Positions 55,185 to 64,000 of a DNA stretch of 64,000 nucleotides are shown piece after piece. The translations under genes and the position numbers were made by a program. Source of the stretch: Parvibaculum sp. Lineage in GTDB: Bacteria; Pseudomonadota; Alphaproteobacteria; Parvibaculales; Parvibaculaceae. Position 1 is the stretch's first letter. Each line of letters opens with the position of its first letter. The stretch covers positions 13,757-77,756 of the forward strand of contig NZ_DAOKYX010000002.1 in assembly GCF_035325945.1 (NCBI RefSeq). The letters are read 5' to 3'. The notes beneath the pieces were generated by a model that worked only from the letters and a program-made list of their open reading frames with translations, searched no databases and was not told where the DNA came from.

Positions 55185-57299
55185 ATGAGCAACGCACTGT
55201 GGGCAATCATAGGCTGCGGCGGACTCGCAATTCTGTACGGCATATTCGCGGGGCGTTCCGTGCTGTCGGCGGATGCGGGCAACGCGCGCATGCAGGAGAT
55301 CGCTGCGGCGATCCAGGAAGGCGCGGGCGCTTACCTGAACCGTCAGTACACAACCATCGGCATCGTCGGCGCGGTCATCTTCGTGGTGATCTCCTGGCTG
55401 CTGGGCCTCAAGGTCGGCATCGGCTTCCTGGTCGGCGCGGCGCTGTCCGGCGCGGCCGGCTATATCGGCATGCTCGTGTCGGTGCGCGCGAACGTGCGCA
55501 CGACGCAGGCTTCCAGCAAGAGCCTCGCGGCTGGACTTTCCATCGCGTTCCGCGCGGGCACGGTCACCGGCATGCTGGTGGCGGGCCTCGCGCTTCTCGC
55601 GGTCGCGGTCTATTTCGCCGTGCTCGTCGGCTATCTCGGCTATGAAGCCAATTCGCGCGAAGTGATCGACGCGCTCGTCGCGCTCGGTTTCGGCGCTTCG
55701 CTGATCTCGATCTTCGCCCGTCTCGGCGGCGGCATCTTCACCAAGGGCGCCGACGTCGGCGGCGATCTCGTCGGCAAGGTCGAAGCCGGCATTCCCGAGG
55801 ACGATCCGCGCAACCCGGCGACGATCGCCGACAACGTCGGCGACAACGTCGGCGACTGCGCGGGCATGGCGGCCGACCTCTTCGAGACCTATGCGGTGAC
55901 GCTGGTCGCGACCATGGTGCTCGCCTCGATCTTCTTCGTGGGCGACGTGACGGCGAACATGATGACCTATCCGCTGGCCATCGGCGGCGCGTGCATCGTG
56001 ACGTCGATCCTCGGCGTGTTCTTCGTGCGGCTCGGCAAGAGCAACAACATCATGAATGCGCTCTACAAGGGCTTCGTCGCCTCGGCGCTGCTGTCGCTCG
56101 TCGCGCTCTGGTTCGTGACCGACAAGATCGTCGGCTTCCAGACGGAACTCACGGTCGGCGATCTCAGCTTCACCGGCCAGAGCCTCTATATCTGCGGCGT
56201 GGTGGGCCTCGTCGTCACGGGCCTCATCGTCTGGGTGACGGAGTACTACACGGGCGTCGACTACCGCCCCGTGAAGAGCATCGCCTCCGCCTCGGTCACG
56301 GGCCATGGCACGAACGTCATTCAGGGTCTGGCGATCTCGATGGAAGCGACGGCTCTGCCCGCGATCATCATCGTCGGCGGCATCCTCGTCACCTACGCGC
56401 TGGCCGGCCTCTTCGGCATCGCCATCGCGGTCACCACGATGCTGGCGCTCGCCGGCATGGTCGTCGCGCTCGACGCCTTCGGCCCGGTGACGGACAATGC
56501 GGGCGGCATCGCGGAAATGGCCGATCTTCCGGCCTCGGTCCGCAAGACCACCGACGCGCTCGACGCCGTGGGCAACACGACGAAGGCGGTCACCAAGGGT
56601 TATGCGATCGGCTCGGCGGGCCTCGGCGCGCTCGTGCTCTTCGCCGCCTATACGCAGGACCTCAACTACTTCTCGGCTTCGCCGGAAACCTATCCCTACT
56701 TCGTCGGCGTGACGGCGAACTTCTCGCTCTCGAACCCCTATGTGGTGATCGGCCTCTTCATCGGCGGCCTTCTGCCCTATCTCTTCGGTTCGATGGGCAT
56801 GACGGCCGTGGGCCGCGCGGCAGGCTCGGTCGTGGAAGAAGTGCGTCGCCAGTTCAAGGCTGATCCGGGCATCATGAAGGGCACTTCGAAGCCCGACTAT
56901 GCCCGCGCCGTGGACATGCTGACCAAGGCGGCGATCAAGGAGATGGTCATTCCGTCGCTCCTTCCGGTGCTGTCGCCGATCGTTCTCTTCTTCTTCGTGC
57001 AGGCGATCGCCGGCAAGTCCGAGGCTTTCTCGGCCGTCGGCGCCATGCTTCTCGGCGTGATCGTGACGGGCCTCTTCGTCGCGCTCTCGATGACGTCGGG
57101 CGGCGGCGCGTGGGACAACGCGAAGAAGTACATCGAGGACGGCCACTTCGGCGGCAAGGGCTCGGAAGCCCACAAGTCGGCGGTGACCGGCGACACGGTC
57201 GGCGATCCCTACAAGGATACGGCCGGCCCGGCGGTGAACCCGATGATCAAGATCACGAACATCGTGGCGCTGCTGCTTCTCGCGGTGCTCGCGCACTGA
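55185..57299 (+). CDS. hppA: Membrane-bound proton-translocating pyrophosphatase
   Basis: 704 aa. [21 protein letters not shown]...[13 protein letters not shown]...[15 protein letters not shown]. Confidence 0.97.
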   Translation: MSNALWAIIGCGGLAILYGIFAGRSVLSADAGNARMQEIAAAIQEGAGAYLNRQYTTIGIVGAVIFVVISWLLGLKVGIGFLVGAALSGAAGYIGMLVSVRANVRTTQASSKSLAAGLSIAFRAGTVTGMLVAGLALLAVAVYFAVLVGYLGYEANSREVIDALVALGFGASLISIFARLGGGIFTKGADVGGDLVGKVEAGIPEDDPRNPATIADNVGDNVGDCAGMAADLFETYAVTLVATMVLASIFFVGDVTANMMTYPLAIGGACIVTSILGVFFVRLGKSNNIMNALYKGFVASALLSLVALWFVTDKIVGFQTELTVGDLSFTGQSLYICGVVGLVVTGLIVWVTEYYTGVDYRPVKSIASASVTGHGTNVIQGLAISMEATALPAIIIVGGILVTYALAGLFGIAIAVTTMLALAGMVVALDAFGPVTDNAGGIAEMADLPASVRKTTDALDAVGNTTKAVTKGYAIGSAGLGALVLFAAYTQDLNYFSASPETYPYFVGVTANFSLSNPYVVIGLFIGGLLPYLFGSMGMTAVGRAAGSVVEEVRRQFKADPGIMKGTSKPDYARAVDMLTKAAIKEMVIPSLLPVLSPIVLFFFVQAIAGKSEAFSAVGAMLLGVIVTGLFVALSMTSGGGAWDNAKKYIEDGHFGGKGSEAHKSAVTGDTVGDPYKDTAGPAVNPMIKITNIVALLLLAVLAH

Positions 57300-57323
57300 T
57301 CGGAAAGCGATCCGAAAACAGAA

Positions 57324-57353
57324 GGCCCCGCGAAATTCGCGGGGCCTTTTTTT
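57324..57353 (+). terminator. Rho-independent terminator after hppA (possibly bidirectional)
   Basis: ggccccgcg-aaatt-cgcggggcc followed by ttttttt. It lies between the convergent hppA and bamE genes. Confidence 0.9.
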
Positions 57354-57402
57354 GTTTGGGTTGGTTTGCGCCGCGCGGCGCGTGTCTGGAGGAGGGGCTG
57401 CC

Positions 57403-57918
57403 TCAGCCGCCGGGGCGGCCGGGAACGGGGCCGGTGTTCCTCTTGTCGTTCGCCTTGTTGAAGCGGCCGAGATTGCTGAAGAGCTGGCCGAGGACCGTCA
57501 GCTCCTTGCCGCGCGACGGGGTCGTGCGCGTCTGGAAGTCGACGATCTGGCCGTCCTGAAGACCGTAATAGGCGACCTGCTGGGCGACGCCCTGCTTGTC
57601 GAAATAGACGGCGACGACGGTGCGGTCCACTTCCTCGGGCGGGTAGAAGGTGTCGGTCTCGAAGGTGCTCGAGATGTAGTAATAGGCGTCGTGATGAGGG
57701 CCGCCGAGCGGCGACTCGGTGGAGGGCGAGCCCATATATTCCCGGACCTCCTCCTTCGTGGTCTGGCCGGGCTTGATCCTCTTCAGGTCTTTCTCGTTGA
57801 GCACATAGCCGCGCTGTTCGACGACCGGCGAGCAACCGGCCAGCGCGAGGCCGGCGACCGACAGGGAGGCCACGGCGACCAGGATTCCGGCATGGCGCCG
57901 CAGACGTTGGGAAGTCAT
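57403..57918 (-). CDS. bamE: Outer membrane protein assembly factor BamE (SmpA/OmlA lipoprotein)
   Basis: Lipobox LALAGC, then VVEQRGYVLNEKDLKRIKPGQTTKEEVREYMGSPS. 171 aa with a Gly/Pro-rich tail. Confidence 0.88.
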   Translation of the reverse strand: MTSQRLRRHAGILVAVASLSVAGLALAGCSPVVEQRGYVLNEKDLKRIKPGQTTKEEVREYMGSPSTESPLGGPHHDAYYYISSTFETDTFYPPEEVDRTVVAVYFDKQGVAQQVAYYGLQDGQIVDFQTRTTPSRGKELTVLGQLFSNLGRFNKANDKRNTGPVPGRPGG

Positions 57919-57998
57919 ATGGGAGAATCCTCCTGGCCCATGAATGCATGGGCCCGTTTCCCGCTTCGCCAGGGGGCGAGAGGGCTACAGGCCCTAGA

Positions 57999-58026
57999 TT
58001 GACCTACCCTTGTCGCTGGCTAAATT
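57999..58026 (+). promoter_or_regulatory. Candidate sigma70-type promoter (TTGACC-N16-TAAATT)
   Basis: ttgacc at 57999-58004 and taaatt at 58021-58026, ~57 nt upstream of ATG 58083. Sequence match only. Confidence 0.3.
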
Positions 58027-58082
58027 CAATCGGCTTCTGTAAGCAGAGCCTGGCCGCGCACCCCGCCCGGCGGAGGCAAGAC

Positions 58083-58643
58083 ATGATATGGAAAAGGATT
58101 TTCGGCCGCACGGATAGGGACGAAGGGCCCTATGCGATTTATAATGCGCTGGTCGCGCAGGCCCGCCAGCCCTGGTTCTATCTCGATGGCGGCGTGCCGG
58201 ACACGCTCGAAGGGCGCTTCGAGATGGTCATGCTGCATGCCTTTCTGGTTCTGCGGCGGATGAAGGCGCTGGGCGACCCGGCCAGAGAGGTCGGCCAGCG
58301 GGTCTTCGACATCATGTTCGACGACATGGACCAGACGCTGCGCGAGATCGGCGTCGGCGACCTTTCCGTCGGCAAGAAGATCAAGGGAATGGCGGCCGCT
58401 TTCTATGGCCGCATCGCGGCCTATGACGAAGGGCTCGACGCCGAAAAACCCGGCGTTCTCGACGCGGCGCTGAAGCGCAATCTCTTCGCGATGGCGGAGC
58501 CCTCGGCGACGCAGGTGAGCGCGGTGGCGAATTATCTGCGTCTCGCGGATGGCGCGCTCGCCACGCAGGAGGCCGACACGATACTGGCCGGCGCGATCCG
58601 CTTTCCCGTAGTGCCGGTCGAGGAAAACAGGAGCGTCAGTTGA
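58083..58643 (+). CDS. Ubiquinol-cytochrome c chaperone (Cbp3-like) domain protein
   Basis: From ATG 58083: EGRFEMVMLHAFLVLRRM...FDDMDQTLREIGVGDLSVGKKIKGMAAAFYGR. Confidence 0.8.
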   Translation: MIWKRIFGRTDRDEGPYAIYNALVAQARQPWFYLDGGVPDTLEGRFEMVMLHAFLVLRRMKALGDPAREVGQRVFDIMFDDMDQTLREIGVGDLSVGKKIKGMAAAFYGRIAAYDEGLDAEKPGVLDAALKRNLFAMAEPSATQVSAVANYLRLADGALATQEADTILAGAIRFPVVPVEENRSVS

Positions 58644-59200
58644 GCACCGACATGGCCCCGGAATTTCATATCGTCATCCCGCTTTCGGACGTGCCGCCGC
58701 AGGGCCGCGAAATCGCCTTCGAGGCGGATGAGGAACAGAGGCGCGGGCTCGCGGCGCGATTCGACCTCATCGAGCTTCGCTCGTTCAAGGGAACGGGGAC
58801 GCTCCGTCCGTGGCGCCGGATCGGCTATGCGCTGGAAGGGCGATTCGAGGCCGATGTCGTTCAGGCCTGCGTCGTCAGCCTCGAGCCGGTCGAGGCCCGC
58901 CTGACGGAGCGCTTCAAGGTTCATTTTCTGCCTGCCGAATATCTTGAGGCGGATGCGGGCGCTCCGGGTTCGGAGCGCGAGATCGTCATCGATCCGGAGA
59001 GCGACGAGCCGCCCGAGGCCATGTCCGGCAATCATATTGACGTCGGGGAAGTATTGGCGGAACAGCTTGCGCTTTCGCTCGATCCCTATCCGCGAAAGCA
59101 AGGCGCGGTCTTCGAGGAAGTGGTTTCGGACGAGGGAGAGGTTGAGGAAGTCCGCCCGAATCCCTTTGCCGTGCTCGAAAAACTCAAGAAAAATGATTGA
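58640..59200 (+). CDS. yceD: YceD/DUF177 family protein
   Basis: 186 aa and acidic. ...VVQACVVSLEPV...IDVGEVLAEQLALSLDPYPRK. Conserved position upstream of plsX. Start is TTG 58640 (CAGGAG upstream) or ATG 58652. Confidence 0.8.
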   Translation: MSTDMAPEFHIVIPLSDVPPQGREIAFEADEEQRRGLAARFDLIELRSFKGTGTLRPWRRIGYALEGRFEADVVQACVVSLEPVEARLTERFKVHFLPAEYLEADAGAPGSEREIVIDPESDEPPEAMSGNHIDVGEVLAEQLALSLDPYPRKQGAVFEEVVSDEGEVEEVRPNPFAVLEKLKKND

Positions 59201-59330
59201 TGGGGCCGCGTCTCGGGCCGATACGAGAATATTGTCTGGGGGCTTCAACCCTGTATCTTCGGGGCGCGGCTGACGGGGAATTCAGCGCCGCGCGCGAAGA
59301 CGCGAAGCGGCGGGAAGGAGAAGGGGCATT

Positions 59331-60416
59331 GTGACGCTTGGACTCACGGTAGCGCTGGACGGGATGGGCGGCGATCACGGTCCCGAGACGGTGATCGGCG
59401 GGGCCGACATGGCCTCTGTCCGCCATCCCGATGTTCGGTTTCTCATCTATGGCGACGAAGCGAAGATGCGCCCGGTGCTCGATGCGCATCCGCGCGTCGC
59501 CGCCGTGAGCGAGATCGTTCACACGGATGTGTCCGTCGCCATGACGGACAAGCCGAGCCAGGCGCTCCGGCGCGGGCGAAAGACGAGCAGCATGTGGCTC
59601 GCTATCGACGCGGTGAAAACGGGCAAGGCGCAGGCCGCCGTGTCGGCAGGAAATACCGGCGCGCTGATGGCGATGTCGAAGGTGGTTCTGCGGACCATGC
59701 CGCATGTCGAGCGGCCCGCGCTCGCTGCGCTCTGGCCGACAATGCGCGGCGAGAGCGTCGTGCTCGATGTGGGCGCGACGATCGGGCCCGACGCCTTCCA
59801 GCTCGTGCAGTTCGCGGTGATGGGTGAAGCCTATGCGCGCGTGATCCTCGGCGTCGACAAGCCGACGGTCGGCCTCCTCAATATCGGCGAGGAGGAGGTC
59901 AAGGGAACCGAGCAGGTGAAGGAGGCCGCGCAGATCCTGCGCGAGGCTAATCTGCCGATCCGCTTTCACGGCTTCGTCGAAGGCGACGACCTCGGCAAGG
60001 GTACCGTCGATGTCATCGTGACGGATGGCTTCACCGGCAATATCGCGCTCAAGACTGCGGAAGGCACGGCGCGCCAGGTCGCCTCCTATCTGCGCGATGC
60101 GATTTCGCGTTCATGGATTTCGCGGCTCGGCTATCTCTTCGCGCAGGGCGCTTTCCGCGCACTGGCGAAGAAGCTCGACCCGCGCTCGTCCAACGGTGCG
60201 CTCTTCCTCGGATTGAATGGCCTCGTCGTGAAAAGTCACGGCGGAACGGATGCGCAAGGCTTCGCATCCGCCATCGACGTTGCGGTCGATGTCGCCTCGG
60301 CGGATCTGCTCAAGAAGATCGTCGCCGATCTCGAGGCATTGGACGGGCTGGAGCAGGTGGCCCAGCGGCGCGCGCAAACACAGATCAACGAAGAATCCGA
60401 GGCTGTAATACTGTGA
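59331..60416 (+). CDS. plsX: Phosphate acyltransferase PlsX
   Basis: The GTG start gives [12 protein letters not shown]...[10 protein letters not shown]...[13 protein letters not shown]. Confidence 0.95.
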   Translation: MTLGLTVALDGMGGDHGPETVIGGADMASVRHPDVRFLIYGDEAKMRPVLDAHPRVAAVSEIVHTDVSVAMTDKPSQALRRGRKTSSMWLAIDAVKTGKAQAAVSAGNTGALMAMSKVVLRTMPHVERPALAALWPTMRGESVVLDVGATIGPDAFQLVQFAVMGEAYARVILGVDKPTVGLLNIGEEEVKGTEQVKEAAQILREANLPIRFHGFVEGDDLGKGTVDVIVTDGFTGNIALKTAEGTARQVASYLRDAISRSWISRLGYLFAQGAFRALAKKLDPRSSNGALFLGLNGLVVKSHGGTDAQGFASAIDVAVDVASADLLKKIVADLEALDGLEQVAQRRAQTQINEESEAVIL

Positions 60417-61390
60417 GTGTCATTCGTAGTGTTGTCATGGGCTGCGGCAGCTATCTGCCGGAGCGGCGGGTCACCAATGACGATCTCGCCAAAATGGTCG
60501 ATACGACCGATGAGTGGATCGTCGAGCGCACGGGCATTCACGAGCGCCACATCGCGGCCGAGGGCGAACTCACCTCGCATCTGGCCCTGAAGGCGGCGCG
60601 CGCCGCCATTGCCGATGCCAAGATCGACGCGCAGGAGATCGACATGATCGTTCTCGCGACGACGACGGCGGACAACACGTTTCCGGCGACCGCCGTGACC
60701 GTGCAGGCGGAGCTTGGCCTGCATCATGGCGCGGCCTTCGACGTGCAGGCGGTCTGTTCCGGCTTCGTCTATGCGCTCAGCATCGCCGATACGTTCATCC
60801 GCTGCGGCCAGGCGAAAACCGTTCTCGTCATCGGCGCGGAGACATTCTCGAGGCTGCTCGACTGGACCGACCGGACGACATGCGTGCTCTTCGGCGACGG
60901 GGCGGGCGCGGTCGTGCTGCGCGCGGCCGAGGGCGAGGGGACGACGGCCGACAGGGGCATTCTCACCTCGCATCTCCATTCCGACGGGCGCTACAAGGAA
61001 AAGCTCTATGTCGATGGCGGGCCGTCATCGACGGGCACGGTCGGCCATGTCCGCATGGAAGGGCGCGAGGTGTTCCGCCACGCCGTCATCAATATCTCAG
61101 ACACGATCAACGAGGCTCTGGAAGCGACGGGGCTCAAGGCCGCCGATATCGACTGGTTCGTGCCTCATCAGGCGAACAAGCGAATCCTCGACGGAACCGC
61201 CAAGCGCATCGGCCTGCCGCCGGAGAAGGTCGTCATAACCGTCGGCCAGCATGGCAACACGTCGGCCGCTTCCGTGCCGCTGGCGCTCGACACGGCGGTC
61301 AGGGACGGGCGAATCAAGCGGGGCGATCTCGTGCTTCTCGAGGCGATGGGCGGTGGTTTCACCTGGGGATCCGTGCTTTTGCGCTGGTGA
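60413..61390 (+). CDS. fabH: Beta-ketoacyl-ACP synthase III
   Basis: GTG 60413 (GTGA overlap with plsX) gives [25 protein letters not shown]...[10 protein letters not shown]...PHQANKRI...GNTSAAS. Confidence 0.96.
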   Translation: MSVIRSVVMGCGSYLPERRVTNDDLAKMVDTTDEWIVERTGIHERHIAAEGELTSHLALKAARAAIADAKIDAQEIDMIVLATTTADNTFPATAVTVQAELGLHHGAAFDVQAVCSGFVYALSIADTFIRCGQAKTVLVIGAETFSRLLDWTDRTTCVLFGDGAGAVVLRAAEGEGTTADRGILTSHLHSDGRYKEKLYVDGGPSSTGTVGHVRMEGREVFRHAVINISDTINEALEATGLKAADIDWFVPHQANKRILDGTAKRIGLPPEKVVITVGQHGNTSAASVPLALDTAVRDGRIKRGDLVLLEAMGGGFTWGSVLLRW

Positions 61391-61516
61391 GCGCAGCCAC
61401 CGAACCTTGCGCAATCCGCCGTATTCCGGCCTTGAGAAAACTCAGCCATCCCTTTGAATATTGACGGGTTTCGCGCCCCGCAATAGGCTTCGCAGGGAAC
61501 TTGGAGGTAGGAAGCC

Positions 61517-61834
61517 ATGGGGGATACGGTCACGCGGGCGCATCTGAGCGAAGCCGTCTATCAGGAAGTCGGCCTTTCTCGAAACGAATCCGCGGAACTG
61601 GTCGAATTGGTGCTTCAGCAGCTTTCCGATTGCCTTGCCACGGGCGATACGGTGAAGCTGTCGTCGTTCGGCTCCTTCTCGGTGCGCCAGAAGGGCGGAC
61701 GCATGGGGCGCAATCCGAAGACGGGTGAGGAAGTTCCGATCAAGCCGAGGCGGGTTCTGGTTTTCCGTCCGAGCCACGTGCTCAAGGAACGCATCAATGC
61801 GGCGCTGAGCGGCAAGGCCGCTGCGGCCGATTAG
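61517..61834 (+). CDS. ihfA: Integration host factor subunit alpha
   Basis: [26 protein letters not shown]...[25 protein letters not shown]. Confidence 0.96.
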   Translation: MGDTVTRAHLSEAVYQEVGLSRNESAELVELVLQQLSDCLATGDTVKLSSFGSFSVRQKGGRMGRNPKTGEEVPIKPRRVLVFRPSHVLKERINAALSGKAAAAD

Positions 61835-61850
61835 GGCCTGAGGCGCTATC

Positions 61851-62375
61851 TTGATCGGATCGACATTGAGAGATCGGGTTGAGGAGCGGCAGCAGGGATC
61901 TGGTTTGTCTGTACAAAAATCGCCTGACGCATTCCGGACTATCAGCGAGGTCGCTGCGGAACTGGATGTTCCGCAGCATGTGCTGCGATTCTGGGAGAGC
62001 AAATTCACACAAATCCGCCCGCTGAAGCGCGGCGGAGGACGGCGCTATTATCGCCCGGAAGATGTCGATCTTCTGCGCGGCGTGCGGGCGCTTCTCTACA
62101 ATGACGGCTACACCATCAAGGGCGTGCAGAAGGTCTTTCGCGAACAGGGCGTGAAGTTCGTGAGCGAGACCGGCAAGGGCACGGTCGATGCCTCGCTTGC
62201 CGAGCGCGCCCGTGAGGCCGTGAAGCGCGGCGAGCGGCGGGAGCGCGACGAGGAAGGCGGCGCCACGCTCGATTCGGGGGCGCGCGAGACGCTCGATGCG
62301 ATTCTCAACGAGCTCATCGCGCTCAAGGATGAGGTCGACGAGACGCTGTGGGAGAGCGACGAGGAGGAGAACTGA
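61851..62375 (+). CDS. MerR family transcriptional regulator
   Basis: [45 protein letters not shown]. Start is uncertain (TTG 61851 or TTG 61905). Confidence 0.88.
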   Translation: MIGSTLRDRVEERQQGSGLSVQKSPDAFRTISEVAAELDVPQHVLRFWESKFTQIRPLKRGGGRRYYRPEDVDLLRGVRALLYNDGYTIKGVQKVFREQGVKFVSETGKGTVDASLAERAREAVKRGERRERDEEGGATLDSGARETLDAILNELIALKDEVDETLWESDEEEN

Positions 62376-62511
62376 ACCTCCGCGCCGCGCGCGCCCCGCG
62401 CAGGACGAAAAAGCCTTTGAAAAAGCGAGATTGAGGCGTTGCCCGTTCGGGATGTGACGTCTATATTCCGCGCGCCTTCGGAAGGGCACGGCCTTTCCAT
62501 ACCGGTTCAGT

Positions 62512-62588
62512 CGGAGCGTAGCGCAGCCCGGTAGCGCACTTGTCTGGGGGACAAGGGGTCGTCGGTTCAAATCCGGCCGCTCCGACCA
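62512..62588 (+). tRNA. tRNA-Pro (anticodon GGG)
   Basis: Acceptor stem CGGAGCG/CGCTCCG, D arm GCGCAGCCCGGTAGCGC, anticodon stem CTTGT/ACAAG with loop CTGGGGG, T arm GTCGG-TTCAAAT-CCGGC, and an encoded CCA. Confidence 0.93.
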
Positions 62589-62672
62589 TTTACCTGGCGG
62601 TCCGTCGTGGCGGCCTATGCCCCCGGCGGGGCGCAGTCGAGCGGCCGCATAATGGCGTCAATGGAGAGTGCC

Positions 62673-62753
62673 ATGCTGACCATCCTTCCCATCCTCATCA
62701 TGCTCGTCGTCATCGCGGCTCTGAACAAGGCGCAGACCGGCCACTTCTTCTGA
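62673..62753 (+). CDS. Candidate 26-aa single-TM hydrophobic peptide (below the ORF-track size cut-off)
   Basis: GGAGAG lies 4 nt before the ATG. Product MLTILPILIMLVVIAALNKAQTGHFF. Most third positions are G/C. In-frame upstream ATGs at 62652 and 62661 are possible. Confidence 0.45.
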   Translation: MLTILPILIMLVVIAALNKAQTGHFF

Positions 62754-62768
62754 GCGCGACGCCGGCGC

Positions 62769-62984
62769 TCATTCGTCGGGACGCAGCATCCAGATCATGA
62801 GGTAGCGGGCCGGAAACGCCCAGGCGACGCCCGCAATCAGATAGTAGAAGAACTGCACCAGACCGTGATCGGGCAGATGGCCGCTGACGGCGATCGTCAT
62901 GATCAGGAACGAGTAAAGCGTAAGAAAGACCAAAAGCACCACGGTACCGATGAGCTTGCGAACGCGAATGGGCAGGCGGGGCAT
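62769..62984 (-). CDS. DUF2842-type small membrane protein
   Basis: 71 aa from ATG 62982-62984 (MPRLPIRVRKLIGTVVLLVFLTLY...YYLIAGVAWAFPARYLMIWM), with two TM helices. Divergent from ctaA. Confidence 0.7.
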   Translation of the reverse strand: MPRLPIRVRKLIGTVVLLVFLTLYSFLIMTIAVSGHLPDHGLVQFFYYLIAGVAWAFPARYLMIWMLRPDE

Positions 62985-63055
62985 CTCGATCTCCGGTCGC
63001 TGGGCGTGTGGTGCTCTGATAAGGCATTCCGCTTCGATCGGCAAAGGGGGCGCAC

Positions 63056-64000
63056 ATGGCGGTGAGCGTTCAGACCGGAACTCCGGATCGGGGATTGGGC
63101 AGCGCCTCCGATCGCCAGATCGCGGCCCGGCGCCAGATCGCCTGGTGGCTCTTCGGCGTTGCGGGGCTCGTTTTCGCAATGGTGATCGTCGGCGGGCTTA
63201 CGCGGCTTACCGAATCGGGCCTCTCCATCACCGAATGGAAGCCTGTCATGGGCGCGCTGCCGCCGATGAGCGAAGCGGCCTGGGCCGACGCCTTCCAGAA
63301 GTATCAGCAGATCCCGCAATATGAATTCGTCAACAAGGGCATGACGCTCGACGAGTTCAAGACGATCTTCTGGTGGGAGTGGGGCCACAGGCTGCTCGGG
63401 CGGCTGATCGGCTTCGCATTCCTGCTGCCGTTTCTCTGGTTCATTGCGACGCGCCGCGTAGAGCGCGCGCTCGCGCCGCGGCTCGCCATCATGTTCGTTC
63501 TGGGCGGCCTTCAGGGCGCGCTCGGATGGTGGATGGTGAAGAGCGGCCTCACGCACCGGGTCGATGTGAGCCAGTACCGGCTGACCGCGCATCTCGGTCT
63601 TGCGACGCTGATCTATGCCTACATGTTCTGGACGGCCCTCGGGCTCTGGCGCGAGCGCGCGCCCATTGTCGTGAGCACGGGCCTCCGACGCGCTGCCTAT
63701 GGCCTTGTTGGCCTCGTCTTTCTGCAGATGCTGCTTGGCGCCTTCGTGGCCGGGCTCAAGGCCGGCTATATCTACAACACCTGGCCGCTCATGGAGGGGC
63801 GCTTCATCCCTTCGGGGCTTTTCGCGCATGAGCCGTGGTGGATCAATTTCTTCGAGAGCATGCTGACCGTGCAGTTCGATCACCGCATGGTTGCCTATCT
63901 CGTCGCCATTCTTGCGCTCTGGCACTGGCATGCGGCGCGGCCCTTCGCCGAGGCCCGGCGCAGCGCGACATGGCTTGCCCTCGCCGTCATGGCGCAGATC
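63056..64000 (+). CDS. ctaA: Heme A synthase (COX15/CtaA), 3' end outside the window
   Basis: ATG 63056 with AAAGGGGG upstream. The frame is open to the window end. GGLTRLTESGLSITEWKPVMGALPPMS...FWWEWGHRLLGR...NTWPLMEG. Confidence 0.9.
   Translation, partial: MAVSVQTGTPDRGLGSASDRQIAARRQIAWWLFGVAGLVFAMVIVGGLTRLTESGLSITEWKPVMGALPPMSEAAWADAFQKYQQIPQYEFVNKGMTLDEFKTIFWWEWGHRLLGRLIGFAFLLPFLWFIATRRVERALAPRLAIMFVLGGLQGALGWWMVKSGLTHRVDVSQYRLTAHLGLATLIYAYMFWTALGLWRERAPIVVSTGLRRAAYGLVGLVFLQMLLGAFVAGLKAGYIYNTWPLMEGRFIPSGLFAHEPWWINFFESMLTVQFDHRMVAYLVAILALWHWHAARPFAEARRSATWLALAVMAQI

Noticed and set aside
55063-55188. 41-codon uORF whose TGA overlaps the hppA ATG (ATGA)
   Set aside because: No SD-like sequence precedes its ATG. 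GC3 decays in its second half. The peptide (…[14 protein letters not shown]) looks like translated leader. I kept it only as a remote possibility.
55050-57296. 748-aa ORF antisense to hppA
   Set aside because: Same artefact. hppA has full-length pyrophosphatase motifs, and the antisense product is low-complexity Arg/Asp/His-rich text.
59201-59330. Expected rpmF (L32) between yceD and plsX
   Set aside because: The 130-nt spacer has no ORF with L32-like sequence in any frame, so the gene must be elsewhere. This is an absence and not a feature.
62589-63055. Genomic island or integration site downstream of tRNA-Pro
   Set aside because: There is no integrase, no direct repeat of the tRNA 3' end, and no compositional break. 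The next genes (sORF, DUF2842, ctaA) are core-like.

Overview
High-GC alphaproteobacterial chromosome (Hyphomicrobiales/Rhizobiales-like: ALA-synthase hemA, Ros/MucR, LdtR-Ldt pair, ihfA-MerR-tRNA-Pro). Most of it is conserved core. The main blocks are slt/dapA/smpB, folK/rpoZ/spoT, pyrE-DUF2062-pdxJ-acpS-lepB-rnc-era-recO, parC, hemB, valine-catabolic acyl-CoA genes, hemA, glyA-nrdR-ribD-ribE-ribB-ribH-nusB-thiL, hppA, bamE, yceD-plsX-fabH and ihfA, ending in a partial ctaA. I found about 60 CDS, one tRNA-Pro(GGG), and no rRNA, CRISPR, transposase or integrase. Less ordinary content lies at 0.3-10.3 kb (stand-alone Fdh-alpha-like enzyme, RND pair, orphan MenB-like crotonase) and at 28-39 kb. 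The best candidate for something undescribed is at 33.5-36.0 kb. It is an exbB-exbD-exbD operon whose second ExbD has Asn instead of the proton-relay Asp. Its fourth cistron has a TonB-type anchor and Pro/Lys rod but an unrecognisable Cys/aromatic-rich C-terminal domain, and there is no TonB-dependent receptor in the window. This operon sits 1.4 kb from a motAB stator pair that has no flagellar neighbours. Other leads are a promoter-to-terminator unit that looks like a ~155-nt sRNA or leader (8.5-8.7 kb), a MucR homologue lacking three of four zinc ligands, a frameshifted small OMP gene, a 26-aa hydrophobic sORF, a possible speF-type leader, and several operator-like palindromes. Family calls rest on motifs read from the translations. 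Nothing was searched against databases.
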